From: Patescibacteria group bacterium
Lineage (GTDB): Bacteria > Patescibacteriota > Patescibacteriia > UBA9934 > GWF2-40-263
Assembly: GCA_038064815.1 (NCBI GenBank)
Contig: JBBTSF010000064.1
Span: 2,308-66,307, forward strand
Direction of reading: 5' to 3'
DNA length: 64,000 nt
Shown one piece after another: positions 56,778 through 64,000 of this stretch. The stretch's first letter is position 1, and each line of letters starts with the position of its first letter. A model generated the notes under the pieces. It worked only from the letters and a program-made list of their open reading frames with translations. It was not told where the DNA came from and made no database searches. Made by a program: the position numbers and the translations under genes.

Positions 56778-58633
56778 TACAGCTCGTCCGTGAAGACGAC
56801 CGGGCCCTCTTCGGCATCGTCCGCGCCGTGGATGCGGAAGCTCTTGCTTCGCAACGTCATCGTCGCGCCAGCGAGCTCGACCAACGAACCGGCCTTCCCG
56901 TGGAACAGGAAGAACGGGGTCAGGCGAGTGCGCGCGGCACGATCGATGGCGACCCGGCCCATCGCGTCGCGGTAGGCAACCGTGTAGCGGGCCGAGGCGA
57001 TGATGTGCTGAGCGACCACGGGGTGCGGCAGAGCCGCGACATCCTTGAGATGCGTGACCCACGCCGTCTGATTCTGGGCCTGGGGCCCGAGCACGATGCT
57101 GCGAGATCCCCAGGACTGGTTCTTGCCGTCCCATGCGGCGAACTTGGTGAGGTGAAGGTCGCGCTGGTTGGCGACCTCGGACTCCCAGGTTGAGCCGTTG
57201 ACGACCTGCGTCTGCGCGACGCAGTTGTGCAGGGTCGTGAGGGTTGCCTGGCCACCGAGGCTGACGATGCGGTCCATGACGGTACGATCCCAGAGGGCGG
57301 CCATCAGGCTCTTGCTCTCGAGGAAATACCACAGGGGGTTCATGACGTACGCGCCCTGTTCGTGCCAACGCTTCAGCAGTTCGAGTGCGTTGGTGTTGAC
57401 CAGGTTGTCCAGGTATCCGAAGCGGTAGATCACCGTCTCCGGCCCGAGGTCGAGGGGCATCCCCTCGTCGCTTCCGTGGACGAACTCGAGGAACCCGAGG
57501 CTCCGGAGTCGACCGAGGAAGTCGCGGTTCCACGCGGCGCGCGCGGTTGCGGAGATGTCCTTGTGGGGCTCCCACGCCGTCTGCACGCGCTCGTGGATCT
57601 CCGCGAGCGGCCTGTCGAACCAGAGTTCGGCATCCACGCCCGCGTCGCGCAGCGCCTTGATGAAGCAGGCCTGCTCCCACGTGTACTCGGCCCACTCGTT
57701 GGTGGCGAGCACAATGTACCGTCGCCCCTTGAGAAGCCGCAGGTAGCCGTTGAGCATGCTCAGCGGCAGGCCGTAGCCGAGCTCCATGGCGTGCGCCATG
57801 CCCTGACCGCCGGGGCAGCTCTCGAACTCCGTGATGACCGGGCGCAGCTTCTTGGTGACGGGATCGAGGACCACCACGATGTCGGGGCGCATCACGCCCA
57901 CCGTGTCTCCGTGGAGAAGGGCGGGGATGCGATCCGGCTTGCGGTAGCTGAGCAGATTGCGCGGTGTCTCGTAGTCGCGGTGGGTCTCGTAAACGGCCTG
58001 GAAGGCCACGCCGAGAGCCTGACCAAGCTCACCGAGCTCCGTCACGAAGTATGTCGGCAGAGCGAACGGATCGATCATCTGGCGCCACGTGACGCCGGTG
58101 CCACCCTTGTAGCCGACGCCAGTCGCCGTCATGATCCGCCGCGTCTCTTCGACGCTGGGCTCGACGGGCTTGCCGATGCGGTCAGCGAACTTGCTGACGC
58201 CCGCGGCCTGGTCGTATCCGTCGACGAGCTCGGGTTCGACCAGGAGAAGGTCTGCGAGGTTCGGGGTGACGCCACCGATCTTGGGGATGTTCTCGATGAC
58301 AACCCACTTGCGCGGCTGACCCTTGCGAACTCCTTCCTCCGCCCGCCACTTGAACCCGATGATGGCGTACCGCTCCTCGAGCGCATTCAGAATTGGACCG
58401 TTCTTCGGCCACTCCGTGCTCTGCTCGGGGACGGTCACACCGTCCAGCTCGACCTTGCCGGCGAGCACTTCGTCTCGCCACTTCTTGGTCGTTCCATGTG
58501 GGGTGCCATTGGGCCCTGGCTTGAAGCCGTGCTTCACCCGCACTGCGAGAATCGCATCGGGCTTCGCCTTGGCTGTTGTTCCGCCCTCCCAGCTTCCGCT
58601 GGTGGTCGGACGATCTTCGGTGAGCAATGTCAT
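56777..58633 (-). CDS. hypothetical 618 aa protein with an ATP-grasp-like motif, GC-rich, translationally coupled to the methyltransferase
   Basis: ATG at 58633 with GGAGGG nine nt upstream. PVITEFESCPGGQGMAHAMELGYGL resembles the ATP-grasp E-x-N-x-x-P-G segment of D-Ala-D-Ala ligase, here E-x-E-x-x-P-G. Non-repetitive protein. About 65% GC. Confidence 0.5.
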   Translation of the reverse strand: MTLLTEDRPTTSGSWEGGTTAKAKPDAILAVRVKHGFKPGPNGTPHGTTKKWRDEVLAGKVELDGVTVPEQSTEWPKNGPILNALEERYAIIGFKWRAEEGVRKGQPRKWVVIENIPKIGGVTPNLADLLLVEPELVDGYDQAAGVSKFADRIGKPVEPSVEETRRIMTATGVGYKGGTGVTWRQMIDPFALPTYFVTELGELGQALGVAFQAVYETHRDYETPRNLLSYRKPDRIPALLHGDTVGVMRPDIVVVLDPVTKKLRPVITEFESCPGGQGMAHAMELGYGLPLSMLNGYLRLLKGRRYIVLATNEWAEYTWEQACFIKALRDAGVDAELWFDRPLAEIHERVQTAWEPHKDISATARAAWNRDFLGRLRSLGFLEFVHGSDEGMPLDLGPETVIYRFGYLDNLVNTNALELLKRWHEQGAYVMNPLWYFLESKSLMAALWDRTVMDRIVSLGGQATLTTLHNCVAQTQVVNGSTWESEVANQRDLHLTKFAAWDGKNQSWGSRSIVLGPQAQNQTAWVTHLKDVAALPHPVVAQHIIASARYTVAYRDAMGRVAIDRAARTRLTPFFLFHGKAGSLVELAGATMTLRSKSFRIHGADDAEEGPVVFTDEL

Positions 58634-58726
58634 CTTCGCTATCCCTCCATCACTGGTTGCGTTCTGGTCATTCCTCCAACAAGCATTTCTGCTCGCAGAG
58701 GGAAAACAGGACACAACCCTTAAACA

Positions 58727-58757
58727 AAATCGCTACGGATTCTCTCCGTAGCGATCT
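58727..58757. promoter_or_regulatory. hairpin at the GC-island / host boundary
   Basis: ATCGCTACGG-attctctc-CGTAGCGAT, immediately upstream of the 618 aa gene. GC composition changes here. Confidence 0.3.
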
Positions 58758-58938
58758 GTCTTTCTAGTTGCTTTAAGGAAAACAGCTAGGCAGGTAGACT
58801 ACGGAAAGAGAAGTTGACACGAATAAAGGTAACCCAAAGTGTTGTAAGGTCCTTTACGTGTGTCATCTTTTTTCCGTAGACATTGTTCATATCGTCGAAA
58901 AGTATAAAGAACAGGAAAATAGTTGTCAAATTTATTGT

Positions 58939-59727
58939 ATGATCGGCATCTTTGATTCTGGGATTGGTGGGTTGGGAGTGATGTATGTAATTCGTCAGAA
59001 ATCTGCAAACGCAGACCTGATTTATTTTGGAGATTTGGCGAATATGCCATACGGTCCGAAGTCCGCAGACGAGCTTTTTACGCTCACCATGCGAGCGATG
59101 GCGTTTCTTGGTTCTCAGGGTGCGACGCAATATGTCTCTGCATGTAATTCGGTTTCCGTTTCTGTCATTCAACCTCTTTTGCAATCACAAGGTTTACGCG
59201 ATGTGCGCATCATCGAGATGGTTCAGCCAGCCGCAAAGGCACTCAGCCATCAGACGTCGGGAAAAATATTGGCTGCGGCGACAGAGGCAACCGTCCGATC
59301 CGGAATGTATGAACGCGTGCTTGCCACGTACGGGCTTGATGTCGAAATGATTGCTCTACCAGAACTCGCCAGTGCGATTGAGCGAAATGAAGAGGAAGAG
59401 ATTTTGCGTTCGATCATTTCTCCTGCGATTGAAAAAGCGATTGAGATAAATGCAAAGACGTTTGTGTTTGGTTGCACGCAATATCCATTTGTAAAAAATC
59501 TTTTCGCGAAGGTGTTTGGTGAAAGGGAACATGAAATCAAGTTATTCGATCCAAGCGAAGCGGTTGCGGAAGAAACAATTAAAAATTTTGAGATGAAGGG
59601 AAGTGGAACGAATAAGTTTTTTGTTTCCAAGTCGTCAGAAGTATTTGAGGACACGGTTCGGCGTTTGTTTGGCACGAATTCACAAGTGATTTGTGTTGAT
59701 GTGGATAAAACTGTGCACAAAGAGTGA
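58939..59727 (+). CDS. murI: glutamate racemase
   Basis: IGIFDSGIGGLGV and the catalytic GCTQYP second cysteine motif. The ATG is at 58939. Confidence 0.85.
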   Translation: MIGIFDSGIGGLGVMYVIRQKSANADLIYFGDLANMPYGPKSADELFTLTMRAMAFLGSQGATQYVSACNSVSVSVIQPLLQSQGLRDVRIIEMVQPAAKALSHQTSGKILAAATEATVRSGMYERVLATYGLDVEMIALPELASAIERNEEEEILRSIISPAIEKAIEINAKTFVFGCTQYPFVKNLFAKVFGEREHEIKLFDPSEAVAEETIKNFEMKGSGTNKFFVSKSSEVFEDTVRRLFGTNSQVICVDVDKTVHKE

Positions 59728-59841
59728 TTAACCAAGCCTTTCCACGCTTGTCGCTTTCTGTCAGAGTGATACATTTAAATTGCTTCACGATCAGATGGGT
59801 GTGCCTATTAAATACAAGTCACTTGATGGTCTGAAATTGTT

Positions 59842-60051
59842 GTGCCACGCATGACAAAAGACCACACGGTTTATTCTTTCTGCGGCGACGACACGGTGGA
59901 CCAATCCTCTACCCTCACCGTTCTGCAGACGGATAGATATGACACTCGCTCTGTTCGAGTAACCGCATATCAGAATCCAATCACTTTGTTGCTAATCCGG
60001 GCCACCCATTTTCTTGTGAGGCACGAAAAAATCACGTTCATGGAAACGTGA
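59842..60051 (+). CDS. possible small protein of 69 aa inside the long leader region; alternatively non-coding
   Basis: The ORF ends inside the terminator stem at 60031-60058. No SD-like sequence upstream. Coding status unresolved. Confidence 0.2.
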   Translation: MPRMTKDHTVYSFCGDDTVDQSSTLTVLQTDRYDTRSVRVTAYQNPITLLLIRATHFLVRHEKITFMET

Positions 60052-60058
60052 TTTTTTT
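60031..60058 (+). terminator. strong intrinsic terminator 45 nt upstream of the membrane-protein operon
   Basis: AAAAAA-ATCACGT-tcatggaa-ACGTGAT-TTTTTTT. Confidence 0.6.
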
Positions 60059-60102
60059 ATTCACCTTTCATTTTTAAGAAGAGCCGGGTGGTGGTACAGT
60101 GA

Positions 60103-60471
60103 ATGCCTGTGAAACAGAATCATTTTTTGAATTTTTTGATCGTGGGAGGATACGCCTTTATTCCGTGGATTCTGATTTTATTTGTTTTATCTCTCACGTT
60201 TCATTTTCCGCATGCGGTATTTGTTCTTCTGCATTACGTGCTGAATGTTTTACTGTTCTTCATCGCATTTCGTTTCTTCTACCGAACTTACCCGCACGCA
60301 AACCCATTCTTTACGACGCTGAAGGTCCTCTTATTTCTCTGTCTGTTTGAAATTATCCTCTGGATTTTTTTCGGTCAGCCACAAAAACCATTCTTGAACT
60401 ATATTGATTTTCTTTTTCCCGCGTTTCTTATTGTGACCACTATTTATGCCGTCGGAAAACAACAAAACTAA
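60103..60471 (+). CDS. small polytopic membrane protein of 122 aa, paralog of the 62170..62526 product
   Basis: The C-terminus FLNYIDFLFPAFLIVTTIYAVGKQQN is homologous to FLNYVDWIFPMFLAVSTVYFVGKFFV in the second copy. Three to four TM helices. Confidence 0.6.
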   Translation: MPVKQNHFLNFLIVGGYAFIPWILILFVLSLTFHFPHAVFVLLHYVLNVLLFFIAFRFFYRTYPHANPFFTTLKVLLFLCLFEIILWIFFGQPQKPFLNYIDFLFPAFLIVTTIYAVGKQQN

Positions 60472-62173
60472 CATCCCAATTTTTTACTTCGATCGCGATT
60501 GCGGTTTGTGTCGCTATTGGACGAACTATTGGAAACAACTCACGGGAGATCATGTTGAGTATCGGGAATTTGAAGGGAAGGTTCCCGGCTCCTCAGAGTT
60601 TGTGGAAACAGATGGACGTGTTTTTTCTGGGGCGCAAGGCGTCGCACGACTTCTTTCTTACGCGCCGGGAAAAGGATGGTTTCTGTGGTTGTATAAACAT
60701 ATTCCACCGTTTGCGTGGATCAGCGAATTTGTTTACAAACAAGTCTCGAAGTGTCGCACGTGTGCGGCAAAATTCACTCGTCTTCTTTGGGGAGAAAATC
60801 TTCAACCCTCCACATTTTTTTTCACCCGTCGATTGTTTCTTCGATTGATCGGGCTTGTATACTTCATCGCTTTTTTGGCATTCGGTCTCCAGATCCCTGG
60901 ACTCATCGGAGAGCAGGGGATTCTTCCTGCAGGATCTTTTCTGAATAACGTTCATCAGATGTTTGGTTCCTGGTCGTTTTTGAATGTCCCCACGCTCGCA
61001 TGGATAAATAGTAGCGGATCATTTTTGCAAATGCTTGCGTTTATTGGCGCCGCGTTTGGTCTTCTTGCATTCATCGGCATCCAACTGGCGCCGATGTTTT
61101 TTGTCCTATGGATTTTGTATCTCTCGCTTTTTTACGCGGGGCAAACATTCATGGGATTTCAGTGGGACACCATGCTGCTCGAAGTTGGATTCCTCGCGAT
61201 CTTTTTTGCTCCCATGCGATTTGCCTCAAGAATTAATCCTTCCGCCATCGTTGTCTGGCTCTACCGGTTTTTAATTTTTCGTTTAATGCTTGGATCTGGT
61301 TTTGTGAAACTCGCAAGCGGAGATCTCTCTTGGCGATCTCTTTCCGCACTCGACTATCATTACTTCACCCAACCGATTCCAAATCCGATTTCTTGGTTTG
61401 CCCATCAGCTTCCGTTATTCATCAATCACGCGAGTGTATTGATGATGTTTGTCATTCAACTCATCTTGCCATTTTTTATTTTTGCACCACGCCGTTTTCG
61501 TTTCGCTGCCGCAACAGGGTTCGTCCTACTCGAAGGACTCATCGCATTCACCGGAAATTTTTCTTTCTTCAATTTACTCACATTGATTTTAGTCATCCCA
61601 CTTTTTGACGACGCGTTCTTTCGTTATAAAAAAAGTCACGCGCCCCACAAACAACCAAGTAAATTTTCTGTCTGGACCTATCGTAGTCTCGCAACACTCG
61701 TGATCGCTTTATTTCTTTTTCAAATCCCAACGCCGTTTCGTTTGGTGAATCCATATGGTGTGTTCGCAACGATCACAACATCACGCCAAGAGATTGTGAT
61801 GGAGGGAAGTATGGATGGAAAAAGTTGGCAGGCATATGAATTCAAGTACAAGCCGGGAGATGTGATGCGACATCCACCGGTGATCGCGCCCTATCAACCA
61901 CGATTGGATTGGCAAATGTGGTTTGCCGCGCTTTCTTCCTATGAACAGAATCCTTGGTTCTTAAAATTCGCGACTCAGTTGCTCAACGCCTCACCGGACG
62001 TCTTGTCTCTGCTCGCAAACGACCCATTCCACGGATCTCGTCCAAGGTACATTCGCGCAGCGTTGTACGAATATACCTTTACGACCATGGATGAACGTCG
62101 CGAAACGGGCGCGTGGTGGAAGCGAGAAGGGAAAGGTCTTTACATGCCGCAAATCCAAAGACGAACATTATGA
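60446..62173 (+). CDS. fusion of a DCC-type thiol-disulfide oxidoreductase domain (DUF393) with an HTTM / vitamin-K-dependent gamma-carboxylase-like (lipase-maturation-factor-like) membrane domain
   Basis: N-terminal IFYFDRDCGLCRYW matches the DCC D-G-x-C-x-L-C motif. A large polytopic HTTM-like body and a soluble C-terminal region follow. The 5' end overlaps the upstream gene by 26 nt. The ATGA overlaps the downstream paralog. Confidence 0.7.
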   Translation: MPSENNKTNIPIFYFDRDCGLCRYWTNYWKQLTGDHVEYREFEGKVPGSSEFVETDGRVFSGAQGVARLLSYAPGKGWFLWLYKHIPPFAWISEFVYKQVSKCRTCAAKFTRLLWGENLQPSTFFFTRRLFLRLIGLVYFIAFLAFGLQIPGLIGEQGILPAGSFLNNVHQMFGSWSFLNVPTLAWINSSGSFLQMLAFIGAAFGLLAFIGIQLAPMFFVLWILYLSLFYAGQTFMGFQWDTMLLEVGFLAIFFAPMRFASRINPSAIVVWLYRFLIFRLMLGSGFVKLASGDLSWRSLSALDYHYFTQPIPNPISWFAHQLPLFINHASVLMMFVIQLILPFFIFAPRRFRFAAATGFVLLEGLIAFTGNFSFFNLLTLILVIPLFDDAFFRYKKSHAPHKQPSKFSVWTYRSLATLVIALFLFQIPTPFRLVNPYGVFATITTSRQEIVMEGSMDGKSWQAYEFKYKPGDVMRHPPVIAPYQPRLDWQMWFAALSSYEQNPWFLKFATQLLNASPDVLSLLANDPFHGSRPRYIRAALYEYTFTTMDERRETGAWWKREGKGLYMPQIQRRTL

Positions 62174-62526
62174 TGTTGTTTTTCGACATCTTACTCATCG
62201 CACTCCACGCATTCATCGCTTGGTTGCTTGTTGAGGTGTTTGTGAACAATGCGCATTCTTTTTCACGCAAGAAATTCATCTTCTTTCATTACCTGTGTGT
62301 GATCGCGACGTTTGCGATCATCTTCGCTATTTACTTTTCTTTTTTCTCCACGTTTTCCGTCTTCGCCACAGCCGTCATTGCGATTTGTGTTGTGGGGTTT
62401 TTGGAGCTTCTTGTCTTTGGATATCTCTATAGCGGCGACCGATGGTTTTTAAATTATGTTGATTGGATTTTTCCGATGTTTCTTGCGGTAAGCACGGTTT
62501 ATTTTGTGGGAAAATTTTTCGTGTAG
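62170..62526 (+). CDS. small polytopic membrane protein of 118 aa, paralog of the 60103..60471 product
   Basis: The ATG at 62170 overlaps the TGA of the HTTM gene. The track ORF begins at an upstream GTG. Confidence 0.6.
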   Translation: MMLFFDILLIALHAFIAWLLVEVFVNNAHSFSRKKFIFFHYLCVIATFAIIFAIYFSFFSTFSVFATAVIAICVVGFLELLVFGYLYSGDRWFLNYVDWIFPMFLAVSTVYFVGKFFV

Positions 62527-62559
62527 TTGATTGACTTCTCTGAAAAAAAAGGTATCCTA

Positions 62560-63876
62560 ATGGCGCTTATGGAAACATTTCACATCACAGGCGGGAAGCC
62601 TCTTTTTGGGGAAGTTACGCTCTCAGGCACGAAGAATGCCGCTTCTAAAATGATGATCGCCAGCTTGCTCACCGACGAGCCGGTTGTTTTGCAAAATGTT
62701 CCGCGTCAACACGAGACACAGATTACGCAAGACATCATTACAACGATCGGGGCGCAAATTATTTGGAAAGACGAACACACGCTTCAGACGACCACCTCTA
62801 CGATTGCCACAAGCTCTGTTCAAACGCTTTCTCCAAAAAACAGAATCGGCATTTTAACGCTCGCTCCACTGTTGCATCGCACAGGCGAAGTGTTCGTTCC
62901 GTTTCTTGGGGGAGATCAGATTGGTCCACGTCCGGTGGATTTTCACGTTCGAGCGCTTCAAAAAATGGGCGCGCAGATTGAAGAAAGTGCGGAAGGCTAT
63001 CACGCAACCACAAAAAAACGATTGAAAGGAGCACTGATTGAACTTCCGTACCCATCTGTCGGTGCCACAGAAACCGCTATTCTTGCCGGTGTTCTTGCGG
63101 AAGGCCGCACCACGATTCGTAATGCAGCGAGCGAACCAGAAATTCTGACACTCATCATGATGCTCCAAGACATGGGCGCCATTATCCAGATGAATGCGGG
63201 ACGTTCGATTGAAATTTTGGGAGTGGAAAAATTGCACGGCACAACCGTTTCTGTGTTGCCTGATCGCAACGAAGCGGTTTCATATGCCTGTATGGCGCTT
63301 GGAACGCACGGCGAAATTTTTGTCCGTGGCGCACAACATGAACATCTCATGACCTTTCTTAATACCGTTCGACGCATCGGTGGGGAATATCAGGTGAGTC
63401 CTGATGGAATTTTGTTTAAGGGGGGCGATCAGTACACAGGTGTCGAACTCGAAACAGATACACATCCAGGATTCATGACCGATTGGCAACAGCCGCTTGT
63501 AGTCGTGCTGACACAAGCAAAAGGCATTTCTGTTGTGCACGAAACGGTTTATGAAGAACGATTTGCGTACACCCAAGCGCTCAATAAAATGGGAGCCAAC
63601 ATCACCCTTTTTAGTAACTGCTTAGGAGAAATCGAGTGTCGTTTCAAAGGACAAAATTATAAACACTCCGCTGTGGTCACGGGTCCGACACCGCTTCATG
63701 CGGCAGAAGTCGTGGTTCCAGATATTCGTGCGGGACTCGCGTTTGTCGTCGCTGCCTTGGTGGGAGAAGGAACCTCTCTTTTAAGTGGAATTGAGCATCT
63801 AGATCGCGGATACGAGCGTTTGGAAGAAAAATTGCTCGGCATTGGTGCGCAGATTAAACGCGTCGTGAGTAACTAA
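62560..63876 (+). CDS. murA: UDP-N-acetylglucosamine 1-carboxyvinyltransferase
   Basis: GGKPLFGEVTLSGTKNAASKMMIASLL and the Cys/Asp-loop region. The start is the ATG at 62560 or 62569. Confidence 0.9.
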   Translation: MALMETFHITGGKPLFGEVTLSGTKNAASKMMIASLLTDEPVVLQNVPRQHETQITQDIITTIGAQIIWKDEHTLQTTTSTIATSSVQTLSPKNRIGILTLAPLLHRTGEVFVPFLGGDQIGPRPVDFHVRALQKMGAQIEESAEGYHATTKKRLKGALIELPYPSVGATETAILAGVLAEGRTTIRNAASEPEILTLIMMLQDMGAIIQMNAGRSIEILGVEKLHGTTVSVLPDRNEAVSYACMALGTHGEIFVRGAQHEHLMTFLNTVRRIGGEYQVSPDGILFKGGDQYTGVELETDTHPGFMTDWQQPLVVVLTQAKGISVVHETVYEERFAYTQALNKMGANITLFSNCLGEIECRFKGQNYKHSAVVTGPTPLHAAEVVVPDIRAGLAFVVAALVGEGTSLLSGIEHLDRGYERLEEKLLGIGAQIKRVVSN

Positions 63877-63898
63877 TTTTTACAATTTTAAGAAGAGT

Positions 63899-64000
63899 AT
63901 GTTTTTAAATCTTATTTTTGCGTCGCCAGCGATTGGGCTTGCCTGGGCTCTGGCGATTTTGGCCTCCCTCACCCTCCATGAATTTGCACACGCCTTTGTG
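63899..64000 (+). CDS. M50 / site-2 protease family membrane metalloprotease, N-terminal fragment; continues past the window end
   Basis: MFLNLIFASPAIGLAWALAILASLTLHEFAHAFV contains the HExxH zinc motif in a TM helix. Confidence 0.6.
   Translation, partial: MFLNLIFASPAIGLAWALAILASLTLHEFAHAFV

Noticed and set aside
56778-57695. Upstream 306 codons of ORF 55959..57695 (-), plus ORFs 56920..57255, 57227..58723 (+), 58182..58481 and others
   Set aside because: These are GC-rich frame artifacts antisense to, or out of frame with, the 618 aa gene. Their products are Arg/Pro/Gly-rich and they lack RBSs. The methyltransferase starts at the TAATG junction at 56777.
59728-60060. RNase P RNA, tmRNA or SRP RNA in the 300 nt ORF-poor interval (also tested on 7850-7980)
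   Set aside because: No GGAAAGUCCGG (P4) sequence, no tRNA-like 3' end with a tag ORF, and no SRP domain IV GGAAG/AGCAG motifs on either strand. The interval was left as an unclassified leader or small ORF.
1-64000. Transposases, integrases, phage genes, restriction-modification or other recognizable defence operons
   Set aside because: None were found by motif inspection. The DUF559 endonuclease and the methyltransferase are not adjacent to any cognate partner.

Overview
This 64 kb window comes from a roughly 45% GC bacterium with a reduced-genome flavour: tRNAs encode their CCA ends, ribosomal protein S1 is short with four domains, SMC appears to lack a hinge, and type IV pilus ATPase PilB and ComEC are present. 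Most of the window is housekeeping. It includes rpsP, smc, a DHH phosphoesterase, clpP, VanW and Hsp20, ribE and ribH, an AI-2E transporter, tsaD and tsaE, pilB, ftsH, rpsA, a Ser/Thr kinase, gyrA, rpmF-nusB-rnc, prolyl oligopeptidase, proS, hup, rny, truB, infB, trxA and trxB, gdh, leuS, a Nudix hydrolase, ugd, comEC in two ORFs, ndk, an M20 peptidase, murI, murA, and tRNA-Glu, tRNA-Arg and tRNA-Lys. At least eight patches of 60 to 66% GC interrupt this backbone and look horizontally acquired. They sit at about 1.8 to 3.1 kb, 11.5 to 12.7 kb, 13.9 to 15.8 kb around tRNA-Glu, 23.4 to 24.1 kb, 36.3 to 38.7 kb, 46.5 to 47.5 kb and 56.0 to 58.7 kb. The three best candidates for something undescribed are these. 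First, an islet of three small hydrophobic-protein genes separated by a conserved roughly 70 nt multi-hairpin RNA element present twice. Second, a GC-rich, translationally coupled pair: a SAM methyltransferase and a 618 aa protein with an ATP-grasp-like E-x-E-x-x-P-G motif. Third, an operon of two paralogous small membrane proteins flanking a fusion of a DCC thiol-disulfide oxidoreductase domain with an HTTM (gamma-carboxylase-like) membrane domain, preceded by a roughly 300 nt structured leader. A 38 bp GC-rich palindromic element also occurs twice in inverted orientation, once intergenic and once in frame inside truB, which resembles Rickettsia palindromic elements. Two candidate sRNAs each have their own promoter and terminator. 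No CRISPR array, transposase or integrase was found.
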